28,279 nt of DNA from the NCBI GenBank assembly GCA_030637655.1, contig DAOWGI010000059.1:1-28279 (forward strand), read 5' to 3'. The position numbers and the translations under genes were made by a program. Source of the stretch: a candidate division FCPU426 bacterium. Lineage in GTDB: Bacteria > Oederibacteriota > JAAXVQ01 > JAUVAV01. Each line of letters begins with the position of its first letter. Positions within the stretch are counted from its first letter, which is position 1. The notes below the pieces were generated by a model. It was not told the DNA's origin. It searched no databases and saw nothing but the letters and a program-made list of their open reading frames with translations. Shown one piece after another: positions 25,508-28,279 of the stretch.

Positions 25508-27769
25508 TCACACTCCTTTGGCTCTGCTTTTTCCACTTGTCGGCTGCAAGGCGGCAAAACGTGCCAGCATTTGCTTTCTTCCGTGCCGGGTAAAAGCAAC
25601 CTCTAATTTTAAATCCTCGCCCACTCCCTGTTTCCCAACAATCGTTCCAGAGCCGTACTTGGCATGTGAAACGCGTTGACCGACCACCAGTCCTAATTCG
25701 TCATCCAGATCCGGACAGACGTCCTCCGAAAAATGTTCGTTGTGTTCGTTGGATAAAGTATCGGCTGAAACCTGGTATTGTTTACCCCTCCACAAACCAC
25801 GGGCATCCGCGGTTTGTTGTGCCGTCTGATGACACAACGGTATCTGTCCCATAAAAAGTCTGCCCGGAATCTCATGCAAAAATCTGGATTCGGAATTGTA
25901 AATACGATTGCCAAAAGAACTACGCGTGGCTGTCCCGGTCAGGATCAATCGCTCCCGGGCCCGGGTAATTCCAACATAACACAAGCGTCGTTCTTCTGCC
26001 AAGCCATGTTCATCTTGCAAGGCGTTGCTGTGCGGAAAGAGGCCCTCTTCCATACCCACCATAAAAACCAGAGGAAATTCCAGTCCCTTGGCCGAATGAA
26101 AGGTCATCAATGTTACCTGGTCATTATCTTTGCTGTCTGCCTCATCCCAACTGGAGACCAAAGCAATCTGTTCTAAAAATCCTCCCAAAGTGTTGTCCCC
26201 GGTCCGGGAAAATTCATCCGCCGCTTTAATCAACTCATTCAAATTTTCCAGCCGTGAAGCGCCCTCATCGTGCGGAGCCTTCTGCCACATTGCCAAATAA
26301 CCGGTCTCCGTGATCACGGTCGCCAAGTATCGGGCCAAATCCGTCTGACTCACTCGCGACTTTAATCCCTGCATGAGATTGGAAAAAGCCGTCACTGCCT
26401 GTCGCGCCCGATCCGTAAGCCCCTGCCCGTCTTGGGCCATGCCGGCCATGGCTTCCAGCATGGTACTCCCTTGCTCACTGGCAATTTTACGTACCTTGCT
26501 GATGGTCCCGGCGCCTATCCCGCGGGGTGGCGTATTGACAATACGGTCCAAGGATAGTTCATCCGCCGGATTCATTATCACTTTGAGATACGCCAGAATG
26601 TCCTTGATCTCCATGCGGTCATAAAATTTCATGCCGCCCACAATACGATAGGGAATCCGTTCCCTACGCAAGGCATCTTCAAAAGGACGGGACTGGGCAT
26701 TGGTACGATACAGAATAACACAATCGGTTAAGCGTCTAATATTTTTATCGTACACATCCTGGAGAATTTCCCTAACCACAAAAGCGGCTTCTTCTGCTTC
26801 GGTTTCTCCTCGAAAATACTGCAGCGGCAGACCAGTCTCGTTTTCAGTCCACAAGGTCTTCGCTTTGCGTCCGCTGTTGTTTCCTACCACAGCGCCGGCC
26901 GCGGCCAATATGTTTTGTGTTGACCGATAGTTCTGCTCCAGTTTGATCACTTTGGCTTTGGGGTAATCCCGTTCAAATTCCAGTATATTGCGCAGATCCG
27001 CTCCCCGGAATTGATAAATGCTCTGATCATCGTCTCCCACCACTGTAAGATTTCCTTGTTCACCGGCCAATTGCCGAATCCAGAAATACTGACAGTGGTT
27101 AATGTCTTGGTATTCGTCCACCAGAACATATTTGAATTGATCACGGTATTTTTTATGTAGTTCCGGCTGCTCCTGAAACAAGCGAACCGTACTCATAATG
27201 AGATCACCAAAATCATACGCTTTATTGCGCACTAATTTTTTCTGGTACAAATGGTACACTTTGGCCACTTGTCGGCTGGTAAAATCCACTGCGGTTTTTT
27301 CATACTCATCCGGACCAATCAATTCATGCTTGGAGCCTTCAATACGATACCCCAGTTGAACCACTTTGAGCTGTTTCTCATCAATGTTCAATTCGCGCTG
27401 ACACTCTTTGAGCAGCCGTTTGGATTCTTCCTCATCGTAGATGGTGAATTCGTACGGAATCTCTTTTTTGAGAATGCGCAGACACAACGCATGAAAAGTG
27501 CCGATCCAAATCTGCTTGGCAATGACATTTCCCAAGATTTGCTTAATGCGGTCGCGCATTTCGCCGGCTGCTTTATTGGTAAAGGTCACAGCTATAATGG
27601 CCGCAGGTGCTAGGTTGTGGTGACTAATCAGATGCGCTATGCGATAGGTAATGACGCGTGTTTTCCCGGACCCCGCGCCGGCCAACACCAAAAGCGGACC
27701 TGGTCCATATTCCACAGCCTCCCGTTGGGGAGGATTTAATTCGCTTATTGAAAAACCTTTGGCAGTCAT
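25508..27769 (-). CDS. pcrA: ATP-dependent DNA helicase PcrA/UvrD
   Basis: LAGAGSGKTRV, TFTNKAA, VDEYQD, VGDDDQSIY, LEQNYRS, YRTNAQSR, TFHSAKGLEF, EERRLCYVGITRA; C-terminal Tudor-like domain. Confidence 0.96.
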   Translation of the reverse strand: MTAKGFSISELNPPQREAVEYGPGPLLVLAGAGSGKTRVITYRIAHLISHHNLAPAAIIAVTFTNKAAGEMRDRIKQILGNVIAKQIWIGTFHALCLRILKKEIPYEFTIYDEEESKRLLKECQRELNIDEKQLKVVQLGYRIEGSKHELIGPDEYEKTAVDFTSRQVAKVYHLYQKKLVRNKAYDFGDLIMSTVRLFQEQPELHKKYRDQFKYVLVDEYQDINHCQYFWIRQLAGEQGNLTVVGDDDQSIYQFRGADLRNILEFERDYPKAKVIKLEQNYRSTQNILAAAGAVVGNNSGRKAKTLWTENETGLPLQYFRGETEAEEAAFVVREILQDVYDKNIRRLTDCVILYRTNAQSRPFEDALRRERIPYRIVGGMKFYDRMEIKDILAYLKVIMNPADELSLDRIVNTPPRGIGAGTISKVRKIASEQGSTMLEAMAGMAQDGQGLTDRARQAVTAFSNLMQGLKSRVSQTDLARYLATVITETGYLAMWQKAPHDEGASRLENLNELIKAADEFSRTGDNTLGGFLEQIALVSSWDEADSKDNDQVTLMTFHSAKGLEFPLVFMVGMEEGLFPHSNALQDEHGLAEERRLCYVGITRARERLILTGTATRSSFGNRIYNSESRFLHEIPGRLFMGQIPLCHQTAQQTADARGLWRGKQYQVSADTLSNEHNEHFSEDVCPDLDDELGLVVGQRVSHAKYGSGTIVGKQGVGEDLKLEVAFTRHGRKQMLARFAALQPTSGKSRAKGV

Positions 27770-27772
27770 GCG

Positions 27773-28057
27773 TTAGGATGATTTTCTCGAAGCGATTTCT
27801 TTGAGTTCTCGTCCGGGCCGGAAGTAGACACGACGTAAGGCGGGAACTGAAACCGGTTCGCCGGTTTTCACCACACGTCCTAAACTTGGTTTGCGTTGGC
27901 GGGTACCGAATGTTCCCAAACCACGTAATTCAATGCGACGGCCTTGTTCCAATTCGTTGGCCAAGGTCGTTATAATATGATCAACGATAACATTTCCTTC
28001 GCACTGGGCAAAACCAAAACAACGGCACAACTTCCGAGCCAAATCAACTTTATTCAC
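27773..28057 (-). CDS. HU/IHF-family DNA-binding protein (IHF-beta-like, divergent)
   Basis: (M)NKVDLA, GRRIELRGLGTF, KTGEPVSVP, FRPGRELK. GTG start 28057 after GGAGGAG; ORF track start is 28090. Confidence 0.9.
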   Translation of the reverse strand: MNKVDLARKLCRCFGFAQCEGNVIVDHIITTLANELEQGRRIELRGLGTFGTRQRKPSLGRVVKTGEPVSVPALRRVYFRPGRELKEIASRKSS

Positions 28058-28151
28058 GCTTAATTCTCCTCCTGGCAGTTTGTAACTCATATTGCAACAT
28101 TACCTGATTGCTACACAAACAGGCAAATAGTTACTTTATCCTTAAAAAACT

Positions 28152-28265
28152 CACCACAAAGGCACTAAGGCCACAAAGGTTCACTAAGCAGCATAATGAT
28201 TAATAATTAAGGTCTATCTTAGGCTTTCCTTTGTGTATCTTAGTGTCCTTTGTGCCTTTGTGGTG
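28152..28265. repeat. CACAAAGG/CCTTTGTG periodic palindrome
   Basis: CACCACAAAGGCACTAAGGCCACAAAGG ... CTTAGTGTCCTTTGTGCCTTTGTGGTG, ~9-bp period. Confidence 0.78.
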
Positions 28266-28279
28266 GATCTTTTTCTTTA

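Overview
Bacterial chromosomal window, almost entirely minus-strand housekeeping genes: ihf/HU-like, pcrA/uvrD, STAS anti-anti-sigma and RsbW-like kinase, rtcB, gatC-gatA-(Zn-ribbon ORF)-gatB-rlmD-polA, then coaE, two coupled TM-GAF-GGDEF diguanylate cyclases and rho. The only long plus-strand gene is a 1379-aa secreted S8 subtilase. Three accessory elements stand out. (1) A ~2.7-kb AT-rich insertion between polA and coaE contains an intact type VII HepT/MntA toxin-antitoxin pair, a 67-bp duplicated sigma70 promoter, and remnants the ORF track misses (DNA methyltransferase C-terminus, putative ABC-three-component/Lamassu-like nuclease fragment, GIY-YIG-like gene, RAYT/Y1 transposase N-terminus, second mntA 5' end). 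(2) A two-lipoprotein operon encodes a WxxGxW-repeat protein with a very basic repeat tail and a collagen-like lipoprotein. (3) Many short palindromic repeats and MITE-like elements occur, often nested inside each other. Remnant identities rest on recalled motif similarity and need database confirmation. No rRNA, tRNA or CRISPR array was seen.
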